Source of the DNA: a virus
DNA length: 64,000 bases
IMG/VR virus record: IMGVR_UViG_3300027747_002638
Reading direction: 5' to 3' (one strand)
In this document: piece by piece, positions 61,117-64,000 of the stretch
Layout: each line of letters starts with the position of its first letter
Numbering within the stretch: position 1 is the stretch's first letter
Notes under the pieces: generated by a model
What the model saw: only the letters and a program-made list of their open reading frames with translations
The model's database searches: none
What the model was told of the DNA's origin: nothing
Position numbers and translations under genes: made by a program

Positions 61117-61617
61117 TTACATTTCCCAATTTTTCCAATCTAAACCTTCGGTATAGTGAATATCATTATGACAATGAAAACACAATAAATCACATTCGTT
61201 TGCTTCTTCTTTTATTTTATCCCAAGGTTTAGAAGCTATTGAATGACCATTGATTTCAAATGATTTTTTAATTGGATCCCTATGATGAAAACAAAGATTG
61301 CTTATATTTTTATCGTAATTACATTTGATACATTTACCGCCATTCTCTAACACTAATTTTTTCTTTCTTAAATATCTTCTTCTTTTGGTATATAAATGAC
61401 TAATTTTATTAAAAGCTTTCTTTTGTTCTTTTGTCATTTTTTGATAATTCTTTGCACTATTAGGACTTGGTTCTTTATGAATATGTATTTGTTTGGTGTT
61501 GTGTTTTTTGAAAGGAGAACATTCAAAGCAATACTTACGTTTTTGAAGGTTATACGTTTTTCCTTCTATAATTATTCTATTAGGAACTATATTATTACAA
61601 TTTGGGCAATTTCTCAT
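61117..61617 (-). CDS. HNH endonuclease
   Basis: GGKCIKCNY...LCFHHRDP...CDLLCFHCHNDIH. Confidence 0.85.
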   Translation of the reverse strand: MRNCPNCNNIVPNRIIIEGKTYNLQKRKYCFECSPFKKHNTKQIHIHKEPSPNSAKNYQKMTKEQKKAFNKISHLYTKRRRYLRKKKLVLENGGKCIKCNYDKNISNLCFHHRDPIKKSFEINGHSIASKPWDKIKEEANECDLLCFHCHNDIHYTEGLDWKNWEM

Positions 61618-62163
61618 ATTTCAATTTATTTAAAATAAGTTTTAAATATTTCCAGCGACTTCATTTACATGACCTTTTATTAGATTATATATTCTTACTT
61701 CTTCTTTATTAGCTTTTCTTTCAACTCTGCGAAGATTATTAAATTTATACTCTTTTAACTGATGATGCTTGAAGTGGTATACTGGTTTATTTGAATAAAC
61801 TTCATTAGTAAATCTAATATATCTAAAAGGTAAAACTTCACCTTTGATTTTATAAAGAGTACCTAATACTGGTTGCTCTTTTTCTTCTTCAAATACTCCA
61901 TCAATAAAGTTTAGAATTTTTTTTAACATTTTTCTTTTTCCTTTTGTTTTTCGGTTTAGATTCGACATATTTCCAAATTAAACCTTTTTTATCAAGATCT
62001 ACACTCCATAACATTACTTTATTATAAATTTTGAATCCATATCCATCTCCCCAAAACATAATAGTTCTGCTTAAAATATCTCCAATCGAATAGAAAAAGT
62101 AAGACAATAAAAATCTCATATTAATATATTATAGTACTTTTTTTTAAAAAAACAAGTGTAATT

Positions 62164-62565
62164 TTATATTCTCTGTTCTCTTCCTTTGCCTTTATTTAAA
62201 TTTTTATAAGATTCGGTCAAAGAATGGCAATTTGGGCATAAAACTTGAAGATTATTGATATTATTATTTTTATAATTTCCATCTTTATGATGTACTTCTA
62301 AGGTGCTTTTATTGGTTATTAAATTTTTTTTATCCCACCCACAAAGTTCGCATGAACTATTTACTTTTGATATTAAATAATTTCTAATAAAAGATTTGGT
62401 TTGACCATTTGTTTTGTATCCAAGTTCATCACCATTTAACCATTTTTGTATTTTAAATTGATTTTGATATTTAGATTGACAAATATTATTACAATAAAAT
62501 TTTTCTGGTTTGTTACACTCTTTACTGCAATTTTTGCATTTTCTTCTTGATTTTTTGATGTTCAT
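62164..62565 (-). CDS. HNH endonuclease
   Basis: CELCGW...LEVHHKDGNYKNN...NLQVLCPNCHSLT. Confidence 0.88.
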   Translation of the reverse strand: MNIKKSRRKCKNCSKECNKPEKFYCNNICQSKYQNQFKIQKWLNGDELGYKTNGQTKSFIRNYLISKVNSSCELCGWDKKNLITNKSTLEVHHKDGNYKNNNINNLQVLCPNCHSLTESYKNLNKGKGREQRI

Positions 62566-62583
62566 ATTCGATGTGATTAATGC

Positions 62584-62618
62584 TCAATAGGTCATCGGTT
62601 CGAATTCGATTTCTGGCT
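62584..62618 (+). pseudogene. tRNA 3'-half remnant
   Basis: caataggtc-ATCGG-TTCGAAT-TCGAT-ttctggc-t; no matching 5' acceptor strand seen nearby. Confidence 0.55.
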
Positions 62619-63065
62619 CTTTTTTACTTCATAAAAAAATAATAATTCTTCATTCTGATTAATATCTTTATGTGCTATCCAGACTATTTTTCTTTTTTCA
62701 ATTGAGTATAGATATTTTATATTAAGGTCTTTTAATTTTTCTGCACTATTGTAAACTATAGAGTGACCTAATGGCAGGCATTTAAAGTTTTCTCCTTTTT
62801 CATTTTTATAGTCGTAAAAATATTCATCAAATTTTGGATCTGGTTGATATTTGCTTGGTAAATCGAAAGGAATAATATAACAGATTTCAATAATATCGTC
62901 TTTCTTTATATTTTTTTTAGTAAAAACTCCGTTACCTGCGTTTTCTATTTTTGATTTAGTAATATACAAATCTGAATTAGAAAAATAATCCATATTCATT
63001 AACTCCTCTTCCGAGAACTCTGGATGATTAAAATAAAAAATTTTAAAAATTTGATTTGATTTCAT
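62592..63065 (-). CDS. SET-domain protein (degenerate)
   Basis: SKIENAGNGVFTKKNIKKD...LGHSIVYNS...IAHKDINQNEELLFFY. Confidence 0.75.
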   Translation of the reverse strand: MKSNQIFKIFYFNHPEFSEEELMNMDYFSNSDLYITKSKIENAGNGVFTKKNIKKDDIIEICYIIPFDLPSKYQPDPKFDEYFYDYKNEKGENFKCLPLGHSIVYNSAEKLKDLNIKYLYSIEKRKIVWIAHKDINQNEELLFFYEVKKSQKSNSNR

Positions 63066-63756
63066 TTTCTAATAAAGATAGTAATAAAGTTAAATGATAA
63101 ACATTCCAAGATGTTCCGTCTTTTTCTGGATTTTCTTTTTTATCATCGTATAGATTTTTTTCAATAATTTGCCTTAAAAGATTTATAGCTTCTTTTAAGT
63201 TTTTACTTTTTATATTTTTAAAAAATTCCAAAGATTCTTTTTGAGTAAAATCATTTTTTGCCATATTTGCACTATAGCATACAAATTGTACATTCCCTAT
63301 TTGGTAAGGTAAATCGGAATCAATTCTATCCAAACTAGCTTTAATTGGGCTTTTTTTAATGTCTGCGTCTTGTGTTGTTCTTGGCAGATCCATTTTAAGA
63401 CCAGTAAGAGTACATTCTCCATTTTGAGATTCATAAATGTCTTTAAGATATTCGTTAGTTAAATCTGTATCAAGGCCTTTTTCTTTATTCTTGAGTTTTG
63501 CTTTGTTTTTGTAATACTTGAATGGACTATATTCATCTAATCTATTATTAGCGTATCCAGTTAAGAATGTGCCTTCTTCATCTCTATATTTTGCTAAATG
63601 CTCTGGATTTTTTTTATTAGCAAATATTCCAGAGCATATATTGTTGCAAAAAAAATCTTTTTGTCCAGCCTTTATTTTTCTATTATAGTCAGATTTTATC
63701 TTTTCTATATCTTTTTGGCATTCTGAGCACTTTATTGTAATTGTTGATCTCGCCAT
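63043..63756 (-). CDS. HNH-like endonuclease with zinc-finger N-terminus
   Basis: CSEC..FCNNIC; QNGECTLTG...ASLDRIDS...GNVQFVC...NMAK. Confidence 0.75.
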   Translation of the reverse strand: MARSTITIKCSECQKDIEKIKSDYNRKIKAGQKDFFCNNICSGIFANKKNPEHLAKYRDEEGTFLTGYANNRLDEYSPFKYYKNKAKLKNKEKGLDTDLTNEYLKDIYESQNGECTLTGLKMDLPRTTQDADIKKSPIKASLDRIDSDLPYQIGNVQFVCYSANMAKNDFTQKESLEFFKNIKSKNLKEAINLLRQIIEKNLYDDKKENPEKDGTSWNVYHLTLLLSLLENEIKSNF

Positions 63757-63824
63757 TTTTTAATTCTAATACAAAAATATATTCTTGTCAAATAATAAAT
63801 GTTCTTTGAGTGATTCGATTTACT

Positions 63825-64000
63825 TGGACCCGAAAGGAGTTGAACCTTTGTCTTTTAAAAATCTAAATTAAAATACTACAAGTTTAGTTCTTTTTATTTT
63901 TTAGCTTTGTATAGATATAAGAACAAACATACTTAGCGTATTCTATCTTGAATATTATTATTTAAAGAACAGAAAAACTATTAAATAATAAACATCTAAT
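63825..64000 (-). ncRNA. ssrA: tmRNA, 3' part (5' end outside the window)
   Basis: Minus strand reads ...gaactaaacttgtag...GACAAAGG-TTCAACT-CCTTT-CGGGTCC-A: a tmRNA-style ACTAA..TGTAG element, GAC + T arm, and acceptor without an anticodon arm. Confidence 0.7.

Noticed and set aside
1-64000. Stop-codon reassignment
   Set aside because: Long conserved genes (TerL, portal, rIIA, ligase) are intact in the standard code, TAA/TAG/TGA all end genes, and no suppressor tRNA was seen.

Overview
This 64 kb window is part of a large, AT-rich tailed dsDNA phage (Caudoviricetes) read in the standard code. A Verrucomicrobia/PVC host is inferred only weakly. Positions 1-21.8 kb are late genes: a partial prohead-protease-like gene, a lysis cassette, LamG and tail-fibre-like genes, a phage sigma factor, an ERCC4 nuclease, terminase large subunit, portal and PhoH. 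Most of these transcription units start just after a GTGTAA motif. After a non-coding gap (21.8-22.2 kb) comes an ~11 kb early/anti-defence-type island (22.2-33.3 kb) with ArdC, DUF932, gp88-like, SleB, small paralogous ORFs and four tRNAs. This island is punctuated roughly every kilobase by a directional 75-bp element with a fixed layout: a 27-bp palindrome, a 21-bp GCAGGG-containing core, and a second 27-bp palindrome. There are 10 full copies and 4 lone palindromes, and the palindrome arms match the IHF consensus. This is the strongest candidate for an undescribed system. Positions 33.3-64 kb are a dense minus-strand run of small genes, many with their own leaderless sigma70-type promoter. 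They include rIIA/rIIB, RuvB, DNA ligase, UvsE, a glycosylase, MazG, a deaminase, a SET protein, HNH genes, a tRNA-Ser(ACT) and the 3' part of a tmRNA. All calls come from motif reading by eye; no searches were run.
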